Source: Ignavibacteriota bacterium
Lineage (GTDB): Bacteria; Bacteroidota; Ignavibacteria; UBA10030; UBA6906
NCBI GenBank assembly: GCA_963801355.1
Contig: CAWDEM010000004.1
Coordinates: 672,001-736,000, forward strand
DNA: 64,000 bases
Direction: 5' to 3'
Shown here: piece after piece, positions 50,168 to 59,154 of the stretch
Layout of the letters: every line of letters begins with the position of its first letter
Numbering within the stretch: position 1 is the first letter of the stretch
The notes under the pieces: model-generated
The model's input: the letters and a program-made list of their open reading frames with translations, nothing else
Databases searched by the model: none
Told to the model about the DNA's origin: nothing
Position numbers and translations under genes: made by a program

Positions 50168-50222
50168 TCGAACGGATCCTTGATAGTGATAGAATTGATG
50201 AGATCTTGACGGCAAAACGATC

Positions 50223-50729
50223 ATGAAATCAAAGGCAATCATGTTTCTGCTGACTCCGGTATTGCTTCTGCTGTTCGGGTCTTGCTCCCAATCCACCGAC
50301 GCACCCGAGCCGGTACCGGAAGTCCAGGCACTTAAGATCGATTTGCAGTATGGATTCAGGGATGAACTGAACACGTTCGCCCTGACACTCCAGAAAGACC
50401 TCGTTCTTGACGGGACCGTCACCGTTCCATTCTGGCTCACATCGGATGAACAGGATGTGATCCTTCAGAAGGCAGTGGGAATCGACTTCTTCTCGCTCCC
50501 GGATACTCTTCAGAGGGAGCCTGGCGTCTTCATCTCTCCCGACCCGAGTCCGGACCTGCTGCGGCTTCAGTACGGGAGTCAGGAGAAGACAGTTGTTTGG
50601 TACTACCCGCAGGATCCGAATGATACGCAGTGGAAAGCGCTCCTTGAACTGCGGAATGTCATCATGCAGGTGATCCAGGCGAAACCTGAATACAAACTCC
50701 TCCCAGCGGCGCGGGGTGGGTACGTGTAA
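50223..50729 (+). CDS. Hypothetical lipoprotein
   Basis: Signal with FGS-CSQSTDAP. Confidence 0.72.
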   Translation: MKSKAIMFLLTPVLLLLFGSCSQSTDAPEPVPEVQALKIDLQYGFRDELNTFALTLQKDLVLDGTVTVPFWLTSDEQDVILQKAVGIDFFSLPDTLQREPGVFISPDPSPDLLRLQYGSQEKTVVWYYPQDPNDTQWKALLELRNVIMQVIQAKPEYKLLPAARGGYV

Positions 50730-50812
50730 GGCTGGATGGTGCATTCATCACTCCCTGGAGTGTGTCGGTTGTGCCGTGTACAGTGCTCACACATCGCGGG
50801 GGCATGGCAAAT

Positions 50813-51301
50813 ATGAGACTCTTACAGATATTGTGCGCGTGCATGCTCACGTTTCTGGCTTCCTGTTCGGACCTGACCGGCCCGGACTTGACGGAAGAAC
50901 AGAACAACGATGTCACGATTACTCAGGGGATTTGGGGAAGAGTCAGGTTCTGGGAGGGGGATTTCATGCCAAGCATCGGAGGTCGTTCCTCGGGAACGAT
51001 CACACCTATTGAGCGTGAAGTCTGGATTTTCCAGGCCACGCGATTCGACTCCGTGGTGGGGGCCGGCGATGGACGTTTCTTCAAGCAGATCTTGACGGAA
51101 TTCGTGGCCAGAGTGCGATCGAATACATCGGGGTTCTACCAGGTCTCTCTTCCGCCGGGCAAGTACAGTGTTTTTGTAGTGGAGGGTTCCCTCTACTATG
51201 CGAACGGCACAGACTCCGCGGGTCACCTCGTCCCCGGAGTGGTCATGGCGGGTGCAGTGACGGAGGTGCCGGTGGAAATCACCTACAAGGCTGCATACTG
51301 A
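50813..51301 (+). CDS. Hypothetical lipoprotein (carboxypeptidase-regulatory/Cna-B-like)
   Basis: LAS-CSDLTGP; QGIWGRV; SNTSGFYQVSLPPGKYSVFV; start 50804 or 50813. Confidence 0.72.
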   Translation: MRLLQILCACMLTFLASCSDLTGPDLTEEQNNDVTITQGIWGRVRFWEGDFMPSIGGRSSGTITPIEREVWIFQATRFDSVVGAGDGRFFKQILTEFVARVRSNTSGFYQVSLPPGKYSVFVVEGSLYYANGTDSAGHLVPGVVMAGAVTEVPVEITYKAAY

Positions 51302-51309
51302 GGGAGATT

Positions 51310-53133
51310 ATGAACACGAAGCGTTTCCTCACGTTGTTCCTGCTCATGCTGGTGGGATCTCCGTCCTGGTTGTCAGCGCAATACTGGGGCGAGCGCGTTC
51401 TGGAGAAGGGATTCGAGCAGACCGAGTTCTTCTTCGCGCCAAACCACCTGATGCCTTACGGCATAGGAAGCTTCAAAGGAACCACGGTCGGGCTGCTGGG
51501 CGACCCGCTGCAGGAGATCATCGTGAATCCGTCGCGTCTCGGATTGGATTCCACACGTGATGCCTGGCTCTACACAGATTTCCGCGGAGCGAAGAATGTT
51601 ACGGAGAAAGAGAACTGGGTTGTACCGGCCTACATGAATCTGTATGATGTACGGTACGCAGCCAGTTCGTCTGTTTATATGCCCTATCCAAGAATATACC
51701 TGGAGACCCGACGCGAACTGGAGCCTGTATTTTCCGGTGGCGCCATTGTCCGTCCGCTTCCTGAAACAGCGCCGGGTCTCTACGCCGCCGCAACGTACCA
51801 ATACATCCTTCAGGATGCGAAGTACTACAGCGTTCCTCAGAATATTTACAGAACCGCCGCCGGATATGATTTCAATGGAAGAACAGTGGCAGCCTCGGAG
51901 ACGATGCCGATTGTCGACAAGTACAGTGGCAAGGACAATATGCGCCAGGCAGGGCATTTTGCATCGGTCTATGTCCGGTATGGGGCCCCCTGGGGACTGG
52001 ATCTGGGTGCGACGCTCAGCCGGGCGATGTTTCATCGCGACGGCAGTTACGGTTCCCAAAACTACTGGGATTACTCGGGCAGCTCGACATCACTCTGGTC
52101 GAACATGGAGGCACGTGCGCAGAGCTACGCGGCCTGGGATCTGGGGGGTGGTGTGACGTATCACGTTAATGATAACGTTGCCTTCGGCGTGACAGCGGGA
52201 AATCTCTGGGGCGACGCAGTGCAGGCGCTGCATGCGACCGATTCCTCGTACCATCTGTACAACTCCACGACATATGACAGCTACTACAACCGGTCGGGCA
52301 ACGGACTCTACCAGTGGAACCACCAGGGAACCACCTCGTACTACGGGGCGGATATTCTTGCACGCACATCGCCGGCAATGAGGATGAACGTTTATTATCG
52401 GCACCAGAAATCAACAATTGATATTGGTCTGGCCTCGAGTGTTCTCGATACGAGTTACAGCACCTACGCAAACAGATACAACGAACAACCATACTCCAGC
52501 ATATCGCGATCGATTCTCTCGGACACGAGATCGGGAGGCGGGACGCAGCATATCACCACCGACCGTCTGATGGGAACCCTTCGGTGGCAGATGGACGATC
52601 GCGTTGAGCTCTCCATCGGGGCACAACTGGAGTGGTACACGATGGAGATCTCCACGAGCGAATCGGTCGTGATGGCCAGCCGGTATGAGTACCGGCAATC
52701 GCAAGAAAACTACAACTGGCGATCCACCCAGGATGAGTCGAAGGACCTTCGCTGGACGTTCGCGTCGAAGCGCTCGAGCCTGCAGATCCCCGTGTTCCTC
52801 ACACTCCGGGCGTCGAAACTCCTGCAATTCATGATCGGTATCAACAGGGACATGACATCGTGGAATATTGATGAAGTAACGCTGGCGCTCTTCCGCTACA
52901 GGTACGAGGACTACAATGGCACCCTGACGCAGAACAGCAATTTCGGCGAGCGGTACACTGTTCCGGCCGAACATGTCAGTGATGTGCGGACGACGTTCCT
53001 CGCAGGGATCGGGGTGTCACCATCGGAAAAGCTCAATCTGCGCCTGCTGATGGTACCGAACTTCCGCGAAGGGTTTGACGGGCAGGAGTTGGACCAGCTG
53101 CAGCTCTGGTTGGGATTGATCGTGACCCCGTAA
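51310..53133 (+). CDS. Hypothetical exported protein, probable outer-membrane beta-barrel
   Basis: GGAG RBS; signal LSA-Q; Y/S/G-rich amphipathic strands; terminal LWLGLIVTP strand. Confidence 0.7.
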   Translation: MNTKRFLTLFLLMLVGSPSWLSAQYWGERVLEKGFEQTEFFFAPNHLMPYGIGSFKGTTVGLLGDPLQEIIVNPSRLGLDSTRDAWLYTDFRGAKNVTEKENWVVPAYMNLYDVRYAASSSVYMPYPRIYLETRRELEPVFSGGAIVRPLPETAPGLYAAATYQYILQDAKYYSVPQNIYRTAAGYDFNGRTVAASETMPIVDKYSGKDNMRQAGHFASVYVRYGAPWGLDLGATLSRAMFHRDGSYGSQNYWDYSGSSTSLWSNMEARAQSYAAWDLGGGVTYHVNDNVAFGVTAGNLWGDAVQALHATDSSYHLYNSTTYDSYYNRSGNGLYQWNHQGTTSYYGADILARTSPAMRMNVYYRHQKSTIDIGLASSVLDTSYSTYANRYNEQPYSSISRSILSDTRSGGGTQHITTDRLMGTLRWQMDDRVELSIGAQLEWYTMEISTSESVVMASRYEYRQSQENYNWRSTQDESKDLRWTFASKRSSLQIPVFLTLRASKLLQFMIGINRDMTSWNIDEVTLALFRYRYEDYNGTLTQNSNFGERYTVPAEHVSDVRTTFLAGIGVSPSEKLNLRLLMVPNFREGFDGQELDQLQLWLGLIVTP

Positions 53134-53187
53134 GTTGCATTTTCAGCCTCTTCTCACTTAATTGGCGCACGTGACTACGGTGCGCCA

Positions 53188-53826
53188 ATGCCTTATCTGA
53201 TCAAAGAAATCTACTATACGCTGCAGGGTGAGGGGGTCCATGCGGGGAGACCTGCGGTGTTCTGTCGATTCTCGGGGTGTAATCTGTGGAGCGGCAAGGA
53301 AGAAGGCCGGGATACTGCACGCTGTCAGTTTTGCGATACCGATTTCGCCGGCACTGACGGGCCGGGCGGAGGATCGTACTCCTCCGCCCGGGAACTCGCT
53401 CATGCCATCGTTGCGCTCTGGCCTTCGGATGGAGAAACAGAGCCCCCCTACGTCGTCTGCACCGGCGGTGAGCCCTTGCTCCAGCTCGATTCCTCCCTGC
53501 TTCACGCCCTGCATGCAGCGGGCGTGACGGTGGCGGTGGAAACAAACGGCACGCTTCCTGCCCCGGAAGGCATCGATTGGCTGTGTGTGAGTCCGAAGGC
53601 GAACGCGGAGCTGCGCTTGACATCAGGGCACGAACTCAAGCTCGTGTATCCTCAGGACGGCGCCGACCCTTCGCATTTCGTAGCCCTCGATTTCAAGAAC
53701 TTTCTGTTGCAGCCAATGGATGGACCGTTGCGCGAGATACACACCCGTCTTGCTGTCAAGTATTGCCTGAACCACCCGCAATGGAGGCTCAGTCTCCAGA
53801 CGCACAAATTGCTGGGATTGCCGTAA
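53188..53826 (+). CDS. queE: 7-carboxy-7-deazaguanine synthase (Cx14CxxC type)
   Basis: KEIYYTLQGEG, FCRFSGCNLWSG...CQFCDTDF, TGGEP, ETNG, SPK, LSLQTHK. Confidence 0.95.
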   Translation: MPYLIKEIYYTLQGEGVHAGRPAVFCRFSGCNLWSGKEEGRDTARCQFCDTDFAGTDGPGGGSYSSARELAHAIVALWPSDGETEPPYVVCTGGEPLLQLDSSLLHALHAAGVTVAVETNGTLPAPEGIDWLCVSPKANAELRLTSGHELKLVYPQDGADPSHFVALDFKNFLLQPMDGPLREIHTRLAVKYCLNHPQWRLSLQTHKLLGLP

Positions 53827-54013
53827 CCTCGTACATTGCCGAGATTCTATATTCGCAACCTCGTGCACCCGTTGGTGCTGTTGCCTCATTGGTAAATCGA
53901 GTCGAACGTTGGTTGCATAAAGACAATCCAGAGCGTACATTGCTTTCAGTTACCTTCCTAGTCGATCGCAGGTCAGTCCGTTTGTTACACTCTCTTTCAA
54001 GCGGGGCAATCGT

Positions 54014-55369
54014 ATGAAAATACTGCGTGGTGTTGCGTTGATCTGTGCCGCCATGGTGCCGGTGGGTGCCATCGCACAAGCTCCCAAAGCCGGCGATGAC
54101 GCGTTGGGCACACGGAAGTATGAAAACTTTGAGCGCCCCACCTTTTGCGGGGCGTCCTGCCATGTGGATTTCTACCAGCAGTGGCAGCAGGCAATGATGT
54201 CCCAGGCGTACACGCACCACTGGGATGAGATCGAGTACTTCAAGCTTGCCGTGCCGCATGCCGAAATCGATCCGATCGTTGCGGGCGTGAAAGCGGGCTG
54301 CAATGGCTGCCATACGCCCATGGCGTTTCTCGCGAATGATGTGCCACCGCCGAAGCCCGAAGCGAAGAGCCGCGCCAACGAATCGGTGCACTGCGATATC
54401 TGCCATACCGTCACAGGGTTCAAGGGAGACACGCCTTTCAACTACAATTTCTATTCGGAACCCGGCAGAGTGAAATACGGTCCACGGGACGGCCTGGTGT
54501 CTCCGGCCCATGAAACGAAGAAGTCCGATTTCCATAAGTCGGCGGAGCTCTGCGGCACCTGCCACAACGAGAAAGACCCGCGAGGCATCTGGGTCAAGTC
54601 GACCCATCTCGAATGGAAAGAGGGGCCGTACGGAAAGCAGGGTGTACCCTGTCAGCAGTGCCATATGACCTATGCGCCGGGGCGGAACGCCACGATGTCG
54701 GCGGAACTCCCGGATGCCGCCCAACATCTCTTCCACGGCGCACATGACAACGGCAAGGTGCGGGGAACCATAGAACTGCGGATCCATCCCGACATTCGCG
54801 AGGTGGAACCGGGCGAGCGTATGAAGTTCACCGTTGCGCTGTTCAACCAGAAAGCCGGACACAAGTTTCCGACCGGTTCGGCCGAAGAACGAATGGTCTG
54901 GCTGCACGTTGAGGCAACAGACGCGAAGGGAAACGTGTTCCATCTGCCTGTCGACAAGAAAGGATTCACCGGAGAAGAATACACCATCGCGGCCAACACG
55001 CTCGCTTATCAGGACATGGGGATCCCGCTCAAGATTCCGGATTTCCAGGGCGTCCAGCGTGACGGTGTGCCCGTGGGAGACAGGATCTTCCGTCTTCCGT
55101 ATCTGGACCCGCAGGGCCGGATGACCATCATGCAATGGAACACGGCATCCCAGTCCACCGACTATCGCATCGGTCCGCGGGAGACAAAGATCGAAACGTT
55201 CACCTGGAGCATACCCACAAACTGTGCGCCGGGAACTCTCACGGTGAAAGCCACATTGAATTACCAGAAACTGCCGACCCCGATCGTAGAGTTCCTCGGC
55301 GTTCCGAAGGAAGAGGCGGAGACTGTTGAAGTGAACACGCATTCCACCAGTGTAACCATATTGCCGTAG
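54014..55369 (+). CDS. Pentaheme periplasmic cytochrome c with heme-free C-terminal beta domain
   Basis: Signal peptide; CGASCH, CNGCH, CDICH, CGTCH, CQQCH; HLFHGAH; GHKFPTG. Confidence 0.88.
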   Translation: MKILRGVALICAAMVPVGAIAQAPKAGDDALGTRKYENFERPTFCGASCHVDFYQQWQQAMMSQAYTHHWDEIEYFKLAVPHAEIDPIVAGVKAGCNGCHTPMAFLANDVPPPKPEAKSRANESVHCDICHTVTGFKGDTPFNYNFYSEPGRVKYGPRDGLVSPAHETKKSDFHKSAELCGTCHNEKDPRGIWVKSTHLEWKEGPYGKQGVPCQQCHMTYAPGRNATMSAELPDAAQHLFHGAHDNGKVRGTIELRIHPDIREVEPGERMKFTVALFNQKAGHKFPTGSAEERMVWLHVEATDAKGNVFHLPVDKKGFTGEEYTIAANTLAYQDMGIPLKIPDFQGVQRDGVPVGDRIFRLPYLDPQGRMTIMQWNTASQSTDYRIGPRETKIETFTWSIPTNCAPGTLTVKATLNYQKLPTPIVEFLGVPKEEAETVEVNTHSTSVTILP

Positions 55370-55377
55370 GGACTTCC

Positions 55378-56538
55378 ATGACCAGATCATTTGTGTCGCT
55401 CGTGTGTGTGCTGCTGCTGTGCGCTGCAACCCTGACGGATGCGTATGCCATTCCCGCCTTTGCGCGCAAGTACGATATGTCCTGCAATACCTGCCATCAT
55501 CCCGTCCCGAAACTGAAGCCCTATGGCGACGAATTCGCCGGTAACGGATTTGTGCTGGCCGACAAGGAAGCGCCCCGTGCATTCCGCGAGACCGGCGACG
55601 AACTGCTCATGCTGTTGCGAGAGCTTCCTTTTGCCATCCGGCTCGAGGGCTTCGGCCGCTGGCAACCCGGTTCAGAAGGCCGTACAGACATGCAGTGGCC
55701 GTATTTGGTGAAATTGCTTTCCGGCGGACAGATCGCCAAGGATATCTCCTACTACTTCTATTTCTTCTTTGGCGAACGGGGGGAAGTGGCGGGACTTGAA
55801 GACGCGTTTCTTATGTTCAACAACGTCTTCAACTCTCCGCTGGACGTCTATCTCGGTCAGTTTCAGGTATCGGATCCCCTGTTTAAACGTGAATTGCGGC
55901 TGACACTGGAGGACTATCAGATCTACAGAGTCAAGCCCGGGAAATCGATGGCGAACCTCACCTATGATCGCGGCGTCATGCTGACATATGGATTGCCCTC
56001 CGGTACGGACATCGCCGTGGAGATCCTGAATGGTGCAGGGATCGGAGCTGCTGATGCCGCGCGCCAATTTGACAGTGACAAATACAAGAATACGTTCTTC
56101 CGTGTTTCGCAGGATCTCGCCGAGAACCTGCGTCTTGGAGGATTTGTCTACTGGGGCCGCGAGGCGGAGGGAGACAAGACGAACACGCTCTGGATGGCCG
56201 GTCCGGATCTGACGGTTGCGGCAGAGAACGTTGAGTTGAATGTGCAGTATGTCGAGCGAAGGGACGACAATCCGTTCTATCTGACGGGCGGCTACCAGGT
56301 GAAAACGCGCGGTGCGTTTGGAGAGCTGATCATTACCCCGGGAGGCGACAAGGGGCGCTGGTATGGCGCGGCGTTGATGAACTGGGTCGATTCGGAAGTG
56401 GATGCTCTGGATTACCGGACGCTCACTGGGCATGTCGGGTACTTGCTTGCCCGTAATTTCCGTCTTGTGGGAGAGTACACCTACGATCTGGAAGCAAAGG
56501 CGCACCGCGTGAGCGCAGGATTCATCACGGCTTTTTAA
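55378..56538 (+). CDS. Outer-membrane porin-like protein with N-terminal CxxCH
   Basis: Signal AYA-IPAFARKYDMSCNTCH..PKL..YG..F..NG; amphipathic strands; C-terminal Phe. Confidence 0.8.
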   Translation: MTRSFVSLVCVLLLCAATLTDAYAIPAFARKYDMSCNTCHHPVPKLKPYGDEFAGNGFVLADKEAPRAFRETGDELLMLLRELPFAIRLEGFGRWQPGSEGRTDMQWPYLVKLLSGGQIAKDISYYFYFFFGERGEVAGLEDAFLMFNNVFNSPLDVYLGQFQVSDPLFKRELRLTLEDYQIYRVKPGKSMANLTYDRGVMLTYGLPSGTDIAVEILNGAGIGAADAARQFDSDKYKNTFFRVSQDLAENLRLGGFVYWGREAEGDKTNTLWMAGPDLTVAAENVELNVQYVERRDDNPFYLTGGYQVKTRGAFGELIITPGGDKGRWYGAALMNWVDSEVDALDYRTLTGHVGYLLARNFRLVGEYTYDLEAKAHRVSAGFITAF

Positions 56539-56568
56539 TGCAGCACATCAACACGGAGTGAGGGCACG

Positions 56569-57351
56569 ATGCCGCCGCAGGTGAAGAACCGCATGCCTGT
56601 GCTGTTTGTCGGGCACGGCAGCCCGATGAATGCGATCGAAAGGAATGCATACAGCCAGGCGTGGGAAGAAATGGGCAGAAAACTTCCCAGGCCCGAAGCG
56701 GTGCTGTGCGTCTCCGCGCATTGGGAGAGTGACGGGACGCGTGTCACCGCAATGGTGTCGCCACGGACGATCCATGATTTCTACGGTTTTCCCCGGGAGC
56801 TTTTCGCGGTGGAGTACAACGCGCCGGGGTCGTCTGCACTCGCAAAGCGTGTAGCCGGATTATGCCGTTCAACCTCCGTAGGAAGTGATGCATCCTGGGG
56901 ATTGGATCACGGTACATGGTCGGTGCTGTCTCGCATGTACCCCGCTGCGGATATCCCTGTCGTACAGCTCAGCCTCGATCGCGCGAAGACGCCCGCCGCG
57001 CACTATGCCCTGGGAAAGGAGCTGGCGCCTCTTCGTCGCGAAGGAATTCTGATACTCGGAAGCGGCAATATTGTGCACAATCTCGCGATACTGGACTGGG
57101 GAGGGAGCGCCTACGGTTGGGCGACGGAGTTTGACAAAAGAATTGCAGGCATGATTACGCAGCAGGATCATCAGGGAATTCTAGCCCTCCTGGACCGGCG
57201 AGAAGAGGTACGGCTGGCTATCCCCACTGATGAGCATTTCCTTCCGCTGTTGTATTGCCTTGCCGTCCAGGAGAAGGACGACAACCTGTCATTTTTCACG
57301 GAAGAGGTCACCCTGGGTTCGATTTCGATGAGGTCCATTCACATCCGCTGA
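56569..57351 (+). CDS. ygiD: 4,5-DOPA extradiol dioxygenase family (LigB/YgiD)
   Basis: MPVLFVGHGSPMNA, SAHW, TIHDFYGFP, GLDHGTW, GSGNIVHNL, PTDEHFLPL. Confidence 0.92.
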   Translation: MPPQVKNRMPVLFVGHGSPMNAIERNAYSQAWEEMGRKLPRPEAVLCVSAHWESDGTRVTAMVSPRTIHDFYGFPRELFAVEYNAPGSSALAKRVAGLCRSTSVGSDASWGLDHGTWSVLSRMYPAADIPVVQLSLDRAKTPAAHYALGKELAPLRREGILILGSGNIVHNLAILDWGGSAYGWATEFDKRIAGMITQQDHQGILALLDRREEVRLAIPTDEHFLPLLYCLAVQEKDDNLSFFTEEVTLGSISMRSIHIR

Positions 57352-57388
57352 GCACAGTACTCAATGTGGGAAAGTTCGGAGGAATGCC

Positions 57389-58126
57389 ATGAAGATACAT
57401 GCAGTGCTGTTGTGTGCCGCGACGCTGCTGGCGTTTCAGGGAGCCGGTGCGAATGCAGGATTCGAGAAAGACACCATCGCGACGACAGCGGGGGATCTGG
57501 TTATCACGTTCATCGGACACGGGACGCTGATGATGCAGGTGGGGGGAAAGACGATTCATATCGACCCGGTCTCGCAGTATGCTGACTATGATGCCTTACC
57601 CAAAGCGGACGTCATTCTGATTACCCATCATCACGGCGACCATTGCGATGCCGCGGCGATCGAGAAGATACAAACAGCGGCAACCACGACGATTCTGACG
57701 GCAGCCTGTGCACAGAAGATCACGCGCGGGATTGTCCTCGCGAACAATGCGATGCGAACCATAGGAGATATGACCGTGAGTGCTGTGCCTGCGTACAACC
57801 TCAAGCACGGCCCCACAGAGGGAAAAGTATTCCACCCGAAGGGCGAAGGAAACGGCTACATTCTTACCGTGGGGAAGACGCGTGTGTATGTGGCCGGTGA
57901 CACGGAAAATTCGCCGGAGATGAAGGCGCTGAAGAATATCGACGTCGCTTTTCTGCCGATGAACCTGCCGTATACGATGACGCCGGAAATGGTTGCGGAT
58001 GCGGCGAGAGCATTCAGACCGAAAATCCTCTACCCGTACCACTACGGCCGTACAGACGTGAATTCGCTTCTGGAGCTTCTGAAGAAGGACAGAGCGATCG
58101 AGGTGCGTGTACGGCAACTGCAGTAA
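57389..58126 (+). CDS. Exported MBL-fold metallo-hydrolase
   Basis: Signal peptide; ITHHHGDH, VPAYN, HPKGEGNGY, AGDTE, PYTM, PYHY. Confidence 0.88.
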   Translation: MKIHAVLLCAATLLAFQGAGANAGFEKDTIATTAGDLVITFIGHGTLMMQVGGKTIHIDPVSQYADYDALPKADVILITHHHGDHCDAAAIEKIQTAATTTILTAACAQKITRGIVLANNAMRTIGDMTVSAVPAYNLKHGPTEGKVFHPKGEGNGYILTVGKTRVYVAGDTENSPEMKALKNIDVAFLPMNLPYTMTPEMVADAARAFRPKILYPYHYGRTDVNSLLELLKKDRAIEVRVRQLQ

Positions 58127-58158
58127 CGTGCGTTCCCGCCCGAGGTGTGCGCCCGAGC

Positions 58159-59019
58159 TTACGCGGGATAGTTCTGGAGGACCCCGCGTGCGATGTTGAG
58201 GACCATTGTCCGCAATTCTTCGGGTTCGAGCACGGTCACGCCTTTACCCCGGCTCACGACCCAGCTTGCCACCTCGGTAAGCGAGTTAACCGTCGCCTCA
58301 AAGGTGACCGAGCCGTCGGTATCTTCAGTAATCACCTGGGTTTCCAGCATCTGCTGGGGCTTGATCCGCTCCGCCCATGTGCGGTCGAGGCGAAGCTTGA
58401 TGTGATGTTCCTCCGTCCCGATCCAGCTGCGGAATGAATGGCGAAAGACCCGGTCGATCTCATCGTGCGAAGGGGGTGTGAATTTCTTGTCGAGAGGACG
58501 CACGTGTAGCAATTTGTTGAGATGATATTGCTTCATTCTTCCCTCGTCGAGACTCAGGACACGCCAGTATCCTTCGCTGCTGAAAATGAGAAGGGGCCGC
58601 AGTTCGATGTTTTTCTCCCTGCGCCGGTCGTCTTTCTGGTAATCGATCCGCACCACCTTCCTCTGCTCGATGCACTGCTGGAGCCGTACGAGGTTGCTGA
58701 GCGATTGCCCCCTGACCTTCTTTACCATGAGGCGGGTGGCGCGATCGGCGCCTCCCTCTGCCGTGCACAACCCCATGTACTGAATGATCAGACGCCGGAG
58801 AGTCCCGGTGTCGACGTCGCGTCCGATCTGAATCCCTTTGCCGCGCTCTGAGTGGATGTCAATTCCCTCACTGCGAAGGTCCCGCATGTCGCGTTTGATC
58901 GTCGGGACGTCTCTATCGAAGAATACGGCGAAATCGCTCACGCCGTAGCACTCGGTGTTGTCAAGAGCGAGCCCGAGGAGTTCTATCTTGCGTTTGAGAT
59001 TCGTCTGGAGTTCAAGCAT
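58159..59019 (-). CDS. WYL-domain transcriptional regulator (HTH + WYL + WCX)
   Basis: TIKRDMRDLRSEGIDI HTH; I.Y...R...P..L.....W; WVVSRGKGVTVLEPEELR WCX tail; start 59019. Confidence 0.85.
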   Translation of the reverse strand: MLELQTNLKRKIELLGLALDNTECYGVSDFAVFFDRDVPTIKRDMRDLRSEGIDIHSERGKGIQIGRDVDTGTLRRLIIQYMGLCTAEGGADRATRLMVKKVRGQSLSNLVRLQQCIEQRKVVRIDYQKDDRRREKNIELRPLLIFSSEGYWRVLSLDEGRMKQYHLNKLLHVRPLDKKFTPPSHDEIDRVFRHSFRSWIGTEEHHIKLRLDRTWAERIKPQQMLETQVITEDTDGSVTFEATVNSLTEVASWVVSRGKGVTVLEPEELRTMVLNIARGVLQNYPA

Positions 59020-59154
59020 GGCGGCTCTCCGTGGGGGTACAAGGATGAAACAATCTCGCAAAATGGAGGACCATTCGCAACGAGTGCATTGGCGGGCCAT
59101 ATTGCATTTGTTCATCGTGATGATGAACTTTCACTGTCAGAATTGTGAACCCCC

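Noticed and set aside
53188-53826. queE as part of a 7-deazaguanine DNA-modification (dpd) island
   Set aside because: No dpdA/tgt-like, queC, queD or folE neighbours; consistent with ordinary queuosine synthesis
53825-53945. Short repeats AACCTCGT(A/G)CA and CGTACATTGC upstream of the pentaheme gene
   Set aside because: Too short and irregularly spaced to distinguish from chance
53789-55582. 597-aa minus-strand ORF
   Set aside because: Antisense to a clear pentaheme cytochrome; no recognisable domain
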